A DNA stretch of 64,000 nt. Origin: Clostridia bacterium (GTDB lineage: Bacteria > Bacillota > Clostridia > Christensenellales > Borkfalkiaceae). The notes beneath the pieces are model-generated. The model saw only the letters and a program-made list of their open reading frames with translations. It did not search any database and was not told the DNA's origin. Made by a program: the position numbers and the translations under genes. Positions 25,118-34,709 of the stretch are shown one piece after another. The DNA is taken from assembly GCA_017463025.1 (NCBI GenBank), contig JAFTPZ010000005.1, forward strand, positions 408-64,407, in the 5' to 3' direction. Numbering within the stretch: the first letter of the stretch is position 1; every line of letters starts with the position of its first letter.

Positions 25118-26053
25118 TTACCTATCGTAGCCGTGTAATTCGTCTTTTTTCGGGCCGCGGACGAACTTTTTCATATCGGTATCGCAAGCGCCGAAGTGTT
25201 GGTAATTGATCCGCGCGTCCGCCAAACAAACGTGGTTCGCGCCGCCTTTAAGCGTGGGGTCTTTATACTGCTCGGGATCGTCCTCCCAAAAGCATACGGG
25301 GCAAATGTCGTATGCGCGCTCCTTTTTCTCGAAAGTGAAATGTCCGCAGCAGGGGCATTTATATTTTTTCGGTTCGTCCTTTTTCTTAATAAGCGGCAAC
25401 ACGGAAACGAGTACGCCGCCGACGAGGTTGCCCAAAAGGGATATAAAACAATACCCCATCGCCGCCCAAGTGATCTCGCCGCTCAAAAACGCGTAGAAAA
25501 AGTTTGCCAAAGAATTATCAAAGCCGCAGAACACGAACACGAATACGGGAAATACCACCCCGACCGTCGCGGAAAGATTTTTCTTCACCGAATAGCGCGA
25601 AAGCAGAACGGAAAGTCCGATCAAACAGCCGCACAAAATACCCGAACAGAAGGAATGTAACGCCCAACTGCCGTCGCACAGTTTCGCGTTCATAACCCCC
25701 TGCGCCACGGAAACGATATCCGCCTGTACGTGCGCAAACGACACGATAAGCGCGGACAGCGCTATTCCTATGAGGTTAAAAAACAAGCTCACGGGTAACG
25801 ACCACCAATTTTTTACCCCCATCGTGATGATACGGGTGGAAAGCCCCGTTACGAGGTATAGCCCGAACGTGGTTACCACGAACATAGCAAGGGTGAATAT
25901 GAGCGCGCCGACGAGCTTACCCGTCGCGTCCCCCATCACCGCCATCGCAAACAAAAGCCCGATCGCACCTACGCCGATCATAATACCGCCAAATACGGAC
26001 GCCACGCAAAAAACCATGAAGTCCTTTTTCGTCATTTTCTCAAATCTCATCAT
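25118..26053 (-). CDS. Formate/nitrite-transporter-like channel fused to a C-terminal CPCC-type cysteine-rich domain
   Basis: Six-TM FNT-like core (GFDNSLANFFY where FNT proteins usually have FEHSIANM). The tail is KCPCCGHFTFEKKERAYDICPVCFWEDDPEQ. Confidence 0.6.
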   Translation of the reverse strand: MMRFEKMTKKDFMVFCVASVFGGIMIGVGAIGLLFAMAVMGDATGKLVGALIFTLAMFVVTTFGLYLVTGLSTRIITMGVKNWWSLPVSLFFNLIGIALSALIVSFAHVQADIVSVAQGVMNAKLCDGSWALHSFCSGILCGCLIGLSVLLSRYSVKKNLSATVGVVFPVFVFVFCGFDNSLANFFYAFLSGEITWAAMGYCFISLLGNLVGGVLVSVLPLIKKKDEPKKYKCPCCGHFTFEKKERAYDICPVCFWEDDPEQYKDPTLKGGANHVCLADARINYQHFGACDTDMKKFVRGPKKDELHGYDR

Positions 26054-26123
26054 AGCTCTACTATTTTATCATATTTTCAACGGGAATGCAAGCGTTTCGG
26101 CATAGGGTATGATAAGGTATTCG

Positions 26124-26249
26124 GCACGCTTGCGCGTGAGTACGCCTGACGGCGTGAGAGCGCAATCAAAGATTGCTTATTGGGAGGGCTGTTTGCACGC
26201 TTGCGCGTGAGTACGCCTGACGGCGTGAGAGCGCAATCAAAGATTGCTT
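26124..26249. repeat. Two perfect 55-bp direct repeats (26124-26178 and 26195-26249), each made of three small hairpins
   Basis: The unit is gcacgcttgcgcgtgagtacgcctgacggcgtgagagcgcaatcaaagattgctt. Its hairpins are cacgc/gcgtg, acgcc/ggcgt and gcaatc/gattgc. Confidence 0.95.
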
Positions 26250-26561
26250 TTTTGTGTCCGTTAGGAGCTCTGCCCCTCCACACCCCGTCAAGGGCTCCGC
26301 GCCCTTGCATCCGCGCAAGGAACTAAGTTCCTTGACCTCTTATCTCTGCCGTCGCGCGGGTCGCTCCCGTCGCACGGGCAAAAGATACGCGGCGTACCGT
26401 CAAGCACGCCGCATACCAAAATGAGAGAATATGAAAAAAGTTTAGTATAGTCCTATTCCGTTTTCTTTCTCTTGTGTTCTTACTGTATTGTAACTCTATA
26501 AAGTGAAAATTGTGTGAAATTTTTGTGATAAAACAATGAAAATAAAGGTTTTTTATGGTAA

Positions 26562-28109
26562 TTAGCCTAAAAATCGGGCGTAAACGGCGTCCGCAACGCG
26601 CAGTCCGTCTGCGGCGGAAGAAGTGATGCCGCCTGCGTAACCTGCGCCCTCGCCGCAAGGGAATATGCCTTTGGCGGATACCGATTGCAGATCGTCGCCG
26701 CGCTCGATTCGAACGGGCGAACTCGTACGCGTTTCCGCCGCCGTGAGCAGAGCGTCGGGATTCGCAAAACCGTGCAAGCGTTTATCCATATCCGTGATCG
26801 CGCCCTTTAACGCCGACGTGATAAAATCGGGCAACACCGCGCGTATATCCGCAAACACCGTGCCTGCCGCGTACGTGGGCTTGACTTCCCCGAACGTATC
26901 GCTCGTTCTGTCGCGCAGGAAATCCCCCACGCGCTGAACGGGCGCGGCGTACGTGCCGCCGCCCACGCGATAAGCCGCGCGTTCGATCGTGCGTTGAAAT
27001 TCCACGCCTGCAAGCGGATCTTTTTCGATATCCTTTCCAAACTCCGTTTTTCGCACCTGTGCGATCAGCGCCGCGTTTGCGTTCCGCTCGTTACGGGCAT
27101 AGTTGCTCATACCGTTGGTTACCACGCCGCACTCCTCGCTCGTCGCCGGCATGACGATCCCCCCAGGGCACATACAAAACGTGAACGCCGCTCGCTCGCT
27201 TGCGTGTGAAACGAGCTTATAATCGGCGGCAGGAAGCAACGTATGCGCCGCGCCGTATTGCGCGAAACCGATATCCTTTTGCAGATGCTCTATTCTAACG
27301 CCCACGGCAAAATCTTTCGCCGTCATCTTCACGCCCCGCGTTCGCAACGTTTCGAACGTATCGCGCGCGCTATGCCCTATCGCGAGTACGAGCGCGGACG
27401 GCTCCGTTTTCTCGCCGCCGTTTAGCGTTACGCTCTTGATCTCGCCCTTTTCGATCGTTATATCGGTGAGTTGCGTGTGAAAGCGCACCTCGCCGCCATT
27501 TGCGATAATATACTCGCGCATATTTTTGACGACCTTTTTCAAATTGTCGCTGCCGATATGCGGCTTGTTCAACCAAAGTATTTCCTCGGGCGCGCCGAAT
27601 CGTACGAACGTTTCCAACACCTCTTGATTCAACGGGCTATGCGTTTGCGTGTTGAGTTTGCCGTCCGAAAAGGTACCTGCGCCGCCCTCGCCGAACTGTA
27701 CGTTCGATTGCGTATTCAGCATTGTCGTTTGAATAAACGTTTGAATATCCCGTTCGCGTTCCTCCACGCTTGCGCCGCGTTCGATCACGAGGGGTTTTAT
27801 TCCTCTTTCGATCAGCCGCAACGCGCAAAACAGACCGGCAGGGCCGCTACCTACGATCAGCACCGGCTTTTCGGGGCGTTTATATTCGGGAATCGTTTCT
27901 ATCTCGCGTTGGCGTTTTGGTTGTTCTTCCGCGGAAAAGGCGATCGTATACACGAATTTGATATCCGATTTATTGCGCGCGTCGAGCGATTTTTTCTTGA
28001 TCGCGAAATATTTCGGTTTCGCGCCCAATTTCTTTTCCGCGAGCTTGATAAGCTCCGTTTCGCTTTTTCCCAAGGATAATTTGATGTCGGAAAGGGTACG
28101 TAAACTCAT
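26562..28109 (-). CDS. FAD-dependent protein (COG2509-like NAD(FAD)-utilising dehydrogenase)
   Basis: I chose the ATG at 28109 (MSLRTLSDIKL..) because it forms an ATGA overlap with the upstream stop. Dinucleotide fold LIVGSGPAGLFCAL. Confidence 0.8.
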   Translation of the reverse strand: MSLRTLSDIKLSLGKSETELIKLAEKKLGAKPKYFAIKKKSLDARNKSDIKFVYTIAFSAEEQPKRQREIETIPEYKRPEKPVLIVGSGPAGLFCALRLIERGIKPLVIERGASVEERERDIQTFIQTTMLNTQSNVQFGEGGAGTFSDGKLNTQTHSPLNQEVLETFVRFGAPEEILWLNKPHIGSDNLKKVVKNMREYIIANGGEVRFHTQLTDITIEKGEIKSVTLNGGEKTEPSALVLAIGHSARDTFETLRTRGVKMTAKDFAVGVRIEHLQKDIGFAQYGAAHTLLPAADYKLVSHASERAAFTFCMCPGGIVMPATSEECGVVTNGMSNYARNERNANAALIAQVRKTEFGKDIEKDPLAGVEFQRTIERAAYRVGGGTYAAPVQRVGDFLRDRTSDTFGEVKPTYAAGTVFADIRAVLPDFITSALKGAITDMDKRLHGFANPDALLTAAETRTSSPVRIERGDDLQSVSAKGIFPCGEGAGYAGGITSSAADGLRVADAVYARFLG

Positions 28110-29347
28110 ACCTGCCCCCGTCGTTTGGCTATTTTCTCGTCGATCGCCGCCGCCACCGTGCGTGCCGACGAATACGCCCATTGCAGATTATATCCGCCGC
28201 AAGGGCCGTCGATATCGAGTATTTCTCCTGCGAAATACAAGCCTTTGACGAGCTTACTTTGCAGATTTTCGTCCACCTCGTCTATTTTTACGCCGCCCTT
28301 GGTTACCTGCGCGGAATCCAAGCCCAAGTGCCCCGTGATCTGCAAAGTGAACGCTTTCACCGTTTTCGCCGCGACGCGTAGATCGTCCTTTGCCCGTTTC
28401 ATCACCGCTCTGCCCACTTGGTTGTTCACGAAACCGCCTAGCAATTCCCCTACGGGCATAAACGGGAAATTTTTACGCTTTTCCACGAGCGCGGTATATA
28501 TCTTTTCTTCCGTAAACGACGGCAAAAAATCGACGGATAGACTCACGCCGTCGCGGATACGGTGCGTCAAGTACGCCGAAAGTCGGAAAACAGAGTCGCC
28601 CGAAACGCCGTAGTCGGCGAACATGATATCCCCTTTGAGTCGCACCGTACGTTTATGCATACGTCCGCCCAAAAATTCCGACCAAGTCGCCGCCACGCTC
28701 GCGTCGGGAACGCGTATGCCTTTGAGGGACTTCACCTCTTTGGGGTCCGTCTTTAACTGCACGAGCGAGGGATACAGGGGTGTGAGCGTATGCCCGAATT
28801 TTTGCGCCAACGCATACGCCGAACCGTCCGTACCGAACGAGCGCGCTACCGTACCGCCCGTGCAAAGCACGACGTTTTCGGCAAGTATCCGCCCGTTTTC
28901 CGTAAACACGACAAAACCCTGTTCCGTGTCGGTCAGGTCGGTTACTTTCGCGTCCGTGCGTAAGTCCACCCCACGCGCCGCCGCCGAAAAACGCAACGCG
29001 TCGGTGATCGACGAGGCTTGTCTTCCTGCCGGATACACCCTGCCGCGCTCGTCGGTGATGAGGAGCAAGCCCAAGCTTTCGAGGTGGGAAACGAGGGAAG
29101 TATCGTCGTATTGCGCGATCGCCGCTCTTGCGCGCGCCGCCCCGTTTTCGGAAAACGAGAAATAATCCTCGCGCAAAACGCCGAGGTTGGTGATATTGCC
29201 TTGACCGTTACCCGTCGCCGAAAGTTTGCGCCCGACGCGCTCGCTCCGCTCCAATACGACCGTCTTTTGATCGACGCTTTTTAACGTCGTGGCAAGAAAC
29301 AGACCTGCCGCGCCGCCGCCGATAATGACCGTTTGTACTTTTTCCAT
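28106..29347 (-). CDS. HI0933/BaiN-like flavoprotein (aminoacetone-oxidase family)
   Basis: VIIGGGAAGLFLA at the N-terminus and GPCGGYNLQWAYSSA near the C-terminus. 413 aa. Confidence 0.85.
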   Translation of the reverse strand: MEKVQTVIIGGGAAGLFLATTLKSVDQKTVVLERSERVGRKLSATGNGQGNITNLGVLREDYFSFSENGAARARAAIAQYDDTSLVSHLESLGLLLITDERGRVYPAGRQASSITDALRFSAAARGVDLRTDAKVTDLTDTEQGFVVFTENGRILAENVVLCTGGTVARSFGTDGSAYALAQKFGHTLTPLYPSLVQLKTDPKEVKSLKGIRVPDASVAATWSEFLGGRMHKRTVRLKGDIMFADYGVSGDSVFRLSAYLTHRIRDGVSLSVDFLPSFTEEKIYTALVEKRKNFPFMPVGELLGGFVNNQVGRAVMKRAKDDLRVAAKTVKAFTLQITGHLGLDSAQVTKGGVKIDEVDENLQSKLVKGLYFAGEILDIDGPCGGYNLQWAYSSARTVAAAIDEKIAKRRGQV

Positions 29348-29420
29348 ATCTATATTGTATCGTATTTGCGTGTAAATGTCAATTTTTTTGAAAAATTACG
29401 AAAAATTTTTTTTACTTGTA

Positions 29421-29449
29421 TTGACTTTCTTCGTAATTTATATTAAAAT
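29421..29449 (+). promoter_or_regulatory. Sigma-70-type promoter
   Basis: TTGACT, a 17-nt spacer, then TAAAAT, about 40 nt upstream of the AAAGGAG RBS of the 29492 gene. Confidence 0.5.
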
Positions 29450-29491
29450 AAATATATACAATATAACGTATCTCAAAAAAAGGAGAAAATC

Positions 29492-30739
29492 ATGGGTCTT
29501 ATCAATCAATGTATCGACTATCTGAAAGCCAACCCCGTTTTGGCGATCGTACTCATTGCGGCGGGCGTACTCTTACTCGTCGTGGTCGTGGTGATGATCG
29601 TCCGTTCGGCGCGTAAAGGCAAAAACGCAACCGCAAAAACACCCGTCGTTATCGAACAAACGCCGAGCAAGGACAAATCTGCCGAAGAACAAGCGAAAAA
29701 GGAAGCCGCCGAAGAACAAGCGAAAAAGGTAGAAGCGGAAGCGGCGCGTCAAGCGACGTTGGCGCGGCTGGAACAAGAACGGGCCGCCGCTGAAAAGGAA
29801 GAGGCGGAAAAAGAGGCGGAAAAGCTCGCCGAAAAGAAATCGGAGGAAACGATCGCGCAAGCGGTCGCCAAACGTTCGGAAAAGGAACACGCGCAAAAGG
29901 TAAAGCAAGAAAAAGCCGTCGAGAAGAAAACGCTTGCCGACGACGAGGACGAAATGGAAAAAGCCGCAAGATACAGCGGTAAATGGACGATCTGTCGCGT
30001 GGTTACCGACAGCGCGGAAAGCGACGACGAGGAAACGTATTTCTTCGAATTGCACGCCTCCAACGGCGAAAAGCTTTTATCGAGCGAGGAATACACCTCG
30101 TATACGGGCGCGCTTCGGGGTATTGCCACGCATAAAGCGAATATCGAAAAGGGTAATTTCAAGATCACCCTTTCCAAAAAAGGCGATTATATTTTCAAGC
30201 TGTTGAGCGGCAAAAATATGCTCCTTTGTATGGGCGAAAACTATCCCACGCGTATGCGTTGCGAAAGCGCGATCGAATCGACCAAACGCTTTGCAAAAAC
30301 CGCCGTGATCGACGAGAACGTGCAAGATCATCTCGTGAAAGTACCTGCCGAAGAGGATACGGAGATCGCGCCCGTAACGGGCAATTATAACGGTAAGTGG
30401 CTGATCACCTCGCGTAGCGGCGCGGACGGAGAGTCGGTGTTCTACTTCGAGTTGTTTGCAAACAACGGCGAAAAGCTTTTATCCAGCGAAGAATACACGA
30501 CGTATATCGGCGCGGTGAACGGTATCGCCACGCATAAAGCGAATATCGAAAAGAATAATTTCCGCATTTCACTCACCAAGCGCGGCGATTATATTTACAA
30601 ACTTTTGAACGGCAACGGACAGCTTTTGTGTTTGGGCGAACACTATAAAACGAAAGGTCGTTGCCAAAGCGCGGTGGAATCGGTGAAACGGTTCGCGATG
30701 AACTCCCCCGTGCTTACCGATCCTGCTCTTACGAAATAA
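29492..30739 (+). CDS. Membrane-anchored protein with a Lys/Glu/Ala coiled coil and four DUF1508 (YegP) units
   Basis: N-terminal TM VLAIVLIAAGVLLLVVVVVMIV, a KEAAEEQAKK repeat, and two tandem modules of the type YFFELHASNGEKLLSSEEYTSYTGALRGIATHKANI plus YIFKLLSGKNMLLCMGENY. Confidence 0.8.
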   Translation: MGLINQCIDYLKANPVLAIVLIAAGVLLLVVVVVMIVRSARKGKNATAKTPVVIEQTPSKDKSAEEQAKKEAAEEQAKKVEAEAARQATLARLEQERAAAEKEEAEKEAEKLAEKKSEETIAQAVAKRSEKEHAQKVKQEKAVEKKTLADDEDEMEKAARYSGKWTICRVVTDSAESDDEETYFFELHASNGEKLLSSEEYTSYTGALRGIATHKANIEKGNFKITLSKKGDYIFKLLSGKNMLLCMGENYPTRMRCESAIESTKRFAKTAVIDENVQDHLVKVPAEEDTEIAPVTGNYNGKWLITSRSGADGESVFYFELFANNGEKLLSSEEYTTYIGAVNGIATHKANIEKNNFRISLTKRGDYIYKLLNGNGQLLCLGEHYKTKGRCQSAVESVKRFAMNSPVLTDPALTK

Positions 30740-30761
30740 TCCTCCTTTTATAATATAAAAA

Positions 30762-30793
30762 AGCCGCGAACTCATTCGAGTTCGCGGCTTTTC
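30762..30793. terminator. Bidirectional intrinsic terminator
   Basis: agccgcgaactc-attc-gagttcgcggct (perfect 12-bp stem), with an A-run upstream and TTTTC downstream. Confidence 0.75.
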
Positions 30794-30799
30794 ATTTCG

Positions 30800-32788
30800 T
30801 TATCTTGCGCCGCCACCGCCACCGCCAAAGCCTCCGCCGCCAAATCCGCCGAAGCCTCCACCGCCGCCGCTCCTGCCGATAAACGAGCCGCCGCCCTTAT
30901 TTTCCGGACGGGCAAGCGCCGTTACCATAGCGCGCGTCATGCAACGGTTGATGAGCATATAATCAAAGACCGTCATATGCGAGCCCACACACCAGCTCGG
31001 CGGCTGGATCGTGATACTCGCAAATTTCTCTTCCCACTCGTCCGTTACGCCCAGCACCTGCGCGTACGGCAATATTTTATAATACAGCTCGGGATTTTCT
31101 TCGAGCATAAACTTGATCTTCTCCTCTTCCGTTACCACGATAAAATCCTTAAAGCCGAGTATTTGACCGAGCGTTTTACGGTATTTTTCCGTCCTCGAAA
31201 GCTTATTGAGCGTCATAAAGGTAGGCAGGATCGCCCCGATCGCGATCACGAGCTTTTCATATCCCGTTAAAATATACGACGCAAAAAACGCCACGAAGAT
31301 CAAAGCCGCCAATGCCGCGATCAAAACTTGCGCGAGCGTCATGCCGAGCAAACCTTGTTTCTTCCATTTATAGCGGTAATTTTCCTTTATATAGCCGAGC
31401 ACCAGAATAAGCGCGGCTGGCACGACAAACGCACTCCCTGCCATATAAACGTAACCGCCGCCAACACTCAAACTTACAACAAACGGCATAATCCATGCAA
31501 ACAGCGTGCCGATAATACCGCCCGAAACGTACCAAAATATCGATTTTTTGTCGTACATTTTCAGTTTCGGCGTTTGCCCGATCGCCTTATCCGCGCTTTC
31601 GTAAAAGTGGTGTTCCAGATCGGAAATTTTCACCGTAACCTTCACTTGATCCTCGTCGAACGGCGTTTCGCCTACGATCAATTCCCTATCCGCACGCTCG
31701 AAAAGTCCGTTAAACAGCGTACGCGCGTGTACGCTCTCCGCGCCTTTTGGCAGAGCAGGTACTTTTTGAATGAGCACGGGATCGTCCTCGTCGGAAAAAT
31801 CGATAGCCAGATATCCCTTATATGCAAAGTAATAGATCATCGAGGTAACGTCCTCGTTATCCACCACCCCGTCGAGGAGCTTACCCATTTTCATAGGGTC
31901 CATATCGTCGGGCGCTTTGATATTCACGACCGTTACGAGCTCTTTTTTATTCGGCGTGAGCACCAAAACCAATGCCGCAAGCGCGATCGCTATCCCTGCG
32001 CCCAGCACGATCTTCCACATATTTTCCGTGAAAATACGCGTTTTCGCGTAATCCTCCAACACGCCCTTTTCGAGCGTAAACTGCACGGAAATACCCTGCG
32101 CCATACGCTCTCCGTAATAGCCGTTATACACGAGCTCCAACTTCGGCGAGGTGAGCGCGAGCGTTTTTTCGTCGGGATAGCTTGCGGTTACGTTCGCCTC
32201 GTTCCCTTGCGCGCCGTAGCCGCCCGAGTACAACGCGATATCGCTTTGCGAAACCGCCGTGGGGAAATGCACGGTAACGCTCACGTTATGCAGCGGCACA
32301 GACCAACCGAACCCGATCACGTCGATATGCATACCGTTTTCCACCTCGTTGCCGCCGTGCTCCATTACGTAGCTGATATCGTACGTCCACGTGTTGCCGC
32401 GATCGGCGTTCCCCGTGCAGTTGATATCGATAAAACCGCTCATATCGGGGTTATCTTCCACGTAGAAAGAAAATTCGTCGTTGCCCTCGCAAGCCGCCGT
32501 GATATTCGTATAACGCGCCTTTTCCACAGGCAGAGAGCGATAGAACATCGTCAATCCGCTCGCGAGAAATTCCACCGTGATACGTTCTTTCACTTCCACC
32601 TTGCGGTCGGTGCGGATCGTCATATCCACCTGATATTCCTCCACCTTAATCACGTCGCCGAAAGCGGAGGCGGTAAGCGTTTGGGGTTTATTTGCGGTAA
32701 AGCCGACAAACAGACTGCATAAAAGAATAAAAACGAGCAGAGCGGCTTTGAAAATAAGCCGCTTCGTCGTTTGACATTTCGTTCTCAT
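30800..32788 (-). CDS. DUF2207-family membrane protein
   Basis: Signal/TM, a large extracytoplasmic domain, a TM cluster, and a Gly-rich tail GGGGFGGFGGGGFGGGGGGAR. Paired with LemA, as is usual. Confidence 0.85.
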   Translation of the reverse strand: MRTKCQTTKRLIFKAALLVFILLCSLFVGFTANKPQTLTASAFGDVIKVEEYQVDMTIRTDRKVEVKERITVEFLASGLTMFYRSLPVEKARYTNITAACEGNDEFSFYVEDNPDMSGFIDINCTGNADRGNTWTYDISYVMEHGGNEVENGMHIDVIGFGWSVPLHNVSVTVHFPTAVSQSDIALYSGGYGAQGNEANVTASYPDEKTLALTSPKLELVYNGYYGERMAQGISVQFTLEKGVLEDYAKTRIFTENMWKIVLGAGIAIALAALVLVLTPNKKELVTVVNIKAPDDMDPMKMGKLLDGVVDNEDVTSMIYYFAYKGYLAIDFSDEDDPVLIQKVPALPKGAESVHARTLFNGLFERADRELIVGETPFDEDQVKVTVKISDLEHHFYESADKAIGQTPKLKMYDKKSIFWYVSGGIIGTLFAWIMPFVVSLSVGGGYVYMAGSAFVVPAALILVLGYIKENYRYKWKKQGLLGMTLAQVLIAALAALIFVAFFASYILTGYEKLVIAIGAILPTFMTLNKLSRTEKYRKTLGQILGFKDFIVVTEEEKIKFMLEENPELYYKILPYAQVLGVTDEWEEKFASITIQPPSWCVGSHMTVFDYMLINRCMTRAMVTALARPENKGGGSFIGRSGGGGGFGGFGGGGFGGGGGGAR

Positions 32789-32789
32789 C

Positions 32790-33395
32790 TTAAAATTGTA
32801 CCTTAACGTTTTTACGTTCTTCCGCGCTGTCCAGCTCGAAATACGGGCGTTTTTTATACTCCTCGCCCATACGGTTGCCTACGATATTCGCAGGGAACAG
32901 CTCAAGCTTGGTGTTGAACGTTTTCACCACGCCGTTATAATAACGACGGGAGCTTTCCAGCTCGCTTTCAATGGATTTGAGCTGATTTTGCAGATCGAGG
33001 AAGTTCGTATTTGCTTTCAGCTCGGGATAGCTTTCGGAAATCGCCGAAAAGAAAGTGCGAAGTGAGCTCGTCAGTCCCTTTTCCGCGTTGACCTTTTCTT
33101 GAGGCGTACTTGCGTTCATAGCAAGATTACGCGCCGCTACCACTTCTTTGAGCGTTTCGCTCTCGTGCTTGGCGTACCCTTTCACCGTTTCCACGAGATT
33201 GGGAATGAGGTCGTAACGCTTTTTGAGGAATACGTCGATCGTTGCCCACGCCTCCTCCACTTTGTTTTTAAGGCGCACGAAATCGTTACGCGTACCGATC
33301 CACCAAGCAATCACCGCGATTACGAGGATCACCGCCACGACGCCGACTATGATACCGACGATCGCGCCCGTAGAGATAAGTAAGGAATTCAACAT
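32790..33395 (-). CDS. lemA: LemA-family protein
   Basis: N-terminal TM, then NDFVRLKNKVEEAWATIDVFLKKRYDLIPNLVETVKGYAKHE. Confidence 0.9.
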   Translation of the reverse strand: MLNSLLISTGAIVGIIVGVVAVILVIAVIAWWIGTRNDFVRLKNKVEEAWATIDVFLKKRYDLIPNLVETVKGYAKHESETLKEVVAARNLAMNASTPQEKVNAEKGLTSSLRTFFSAISESYPELKANTNFLDLQNQLKSIESELESSRRYYNGVVKTFNTKLELFPANIVGNRMGEEYKKRPYFELDSAEERKNVKVQF

Positions 33396-33519
33396 AATTT
33401 TTTCTCCTTAATGTTTTTTGTAATTTTATTATACTACACGCAAAAGCAAAAGTCAACGTTTGAAAGAAAAAAACGGACTTCCTTTTTAAGAAAATCCGTT
33501 TTCTTTTTCTTAACCCCGA

Positions 33520-33747
33520 TTACTCTGCGCGTCTGCTTTTGAGCCACAGCACGCCGTCCGTGATAAACGGCGACAGGATCAGCCAAAGCGCCGCAAGCGC
33601 GATGATCGAATAGGTGATGACCGAACCGACCGTTCTCGCACCCGAGAAAATCGTGGATACGAGGTTGAAATCGAAAAGTCCGAACAAGCCCCAGTTGATC
33701 GCGCCGAGGATTACCAAAATATAAGAGATGACATTGATAACTCGCAT
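33520..33747 (-). CDS. DUF378-family small membrane protein
   Basis: ILVILGAINWGLFGLFDFNLV signature. 75 aa. Confidence 0.85.
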   Translation of the reverse strand: MRVINVISYILVILGAINWGLFGLFDFNLVSTIFSGARTVGSVITYSIIALAALWLILSPFITDGVLWLKSRRAE

Positions 33748-33797
33748 AATCTTTCCTCCTACAAGCAGTATGCTCCGCTTTTTCGGTTTTATACGAA

Positions 33798-34709
33798 TTA
33801 TTTTTCCGCAAACGCCAACAGATCGGCGTACACCCTTTCGCTATCGATTTCGTTGTGTATTTCGTGCCGTAAGCCCTCGTACAACTTGCCCGTTACGTTT
33901 GAATACCCCACCTCGCGCATAAACGCGACCGTCTTTTCAAAATTCTCTTTTCCGCCGAGCACCGCGTCGTCGCCGCCAGAAACGAATCGAATGGGCAGAT
34001 CGGCGTTTTGCACCTGATAGAGTTTCTTTTTATAGGTGTTTTTCATCAAGCGGAACAGGTTTTCAAAGCCGTTACAGGTGAAGCGGTAGTTTCCCTTGGG
34101 GTTGGAATAGAACTCGTTGATATTTTCGCGGTTACTGCTCAACCATGCGCCCTTTTCTTCATTGGGGAAATTGTTATTACCCTTGCCCGTGGAAAGATAG
34201 GACAGCATTTTACTTCTATGCCGTTTGCCGCAAAACAGCGCGATACATTTATCGAGCGCGATCGCCAGCCCTGCCAAGGGATTTTTCGCAGGCGAACCGC
34301 AAACGATCGCCTTATCTACGAGCGTATCGTAGTTTTGCAAATAACACCTCGCCACCATCGAGCCCATACTGTGCCCGAACAGCGTGATCGGCAGATCGGG
34401 ATATTCCCTTTTGATCCAACGAGTGATCTGCGCCGCGTCCTCTACGATCGCGTTGCCGCTCGTTTCGTAGAAATACCCCCAGTCTTTAATACTTCTCACG
34501 CTATCGCCGTGGCCGCGCTGATCGTGGCAGACAGCCACGAACCCGTGCTCGACAAAAAAGCGCATAAAGCTTTCGTAGCGTTCCTTATATTCGCACATAC
34601 CGTGCAAGATCTGGATTACGCCCTTTTTCTCGCCTTGCGGCTCAAATACCGCAACGTGCAGGGGCAATTCGTCGAATTCCGATTCTAATACCAAAGATTT
34701 GCAAAGCAT
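33798..34709 (-). CDS. Alpha/beta hydrolase (lysophospholipase/monoacylglycerol-lipase-like)
   Basis: Nucleophile elbow GHSMGS and oxyanion region ILHGMCEY. 303 aa. Confidence 0.85.
   Translation of the reverse strand: MLCKSLVLESEFDELPLHVAVFEPQGEKKGVIQILHGMCEYKERYESFMRFFVEHGFVAVCHDQRGHGDSVRSIKDWGYFYETSGNAIVEDAAQITRWIKREYPDLPITLFGHSMGSMVARCYLQNYDTLVDKAIVCGSPAKNPLAGLAIALDKCIALFCGKRHRSKMLSYLSTGKGNNNFPNEEKGAWLSSNRENINEFYSNPKGNYRFTCNGFENLFRLMKNTYKKKLYQVQNADLPIRFVSGGDDAVLGGKENFEKTVAFMREVGYSNVTGKLYEGLRHEIHNEIDSERVYADLLAFAEK

Noticed and set aside
26077-26658. Two ORFs (77 and 111 aa) in the 26054-26561 intergenic region
   Set aside because: They are translations of the hairpin repeat cluster and an AT-rich spacer, are Arg/Pro-rich, and lack RBSs. 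I treat them as repeat DNA.
31328-32722. Other very long antisense ORFs: 31328-32722, 49776-50870, 52739-54013, 54966-56099, 19578-20441, 36895-37725 and 39185-39778
   Set aside because: Each lies opposite a confidently identified gene (DUF2207, oppC, oppA, metY, cysK/HAD, the ABC fusion, M18). All have Arg/His/Phe-rich compositions typical of antisense translation of GC-rich coding DNA.
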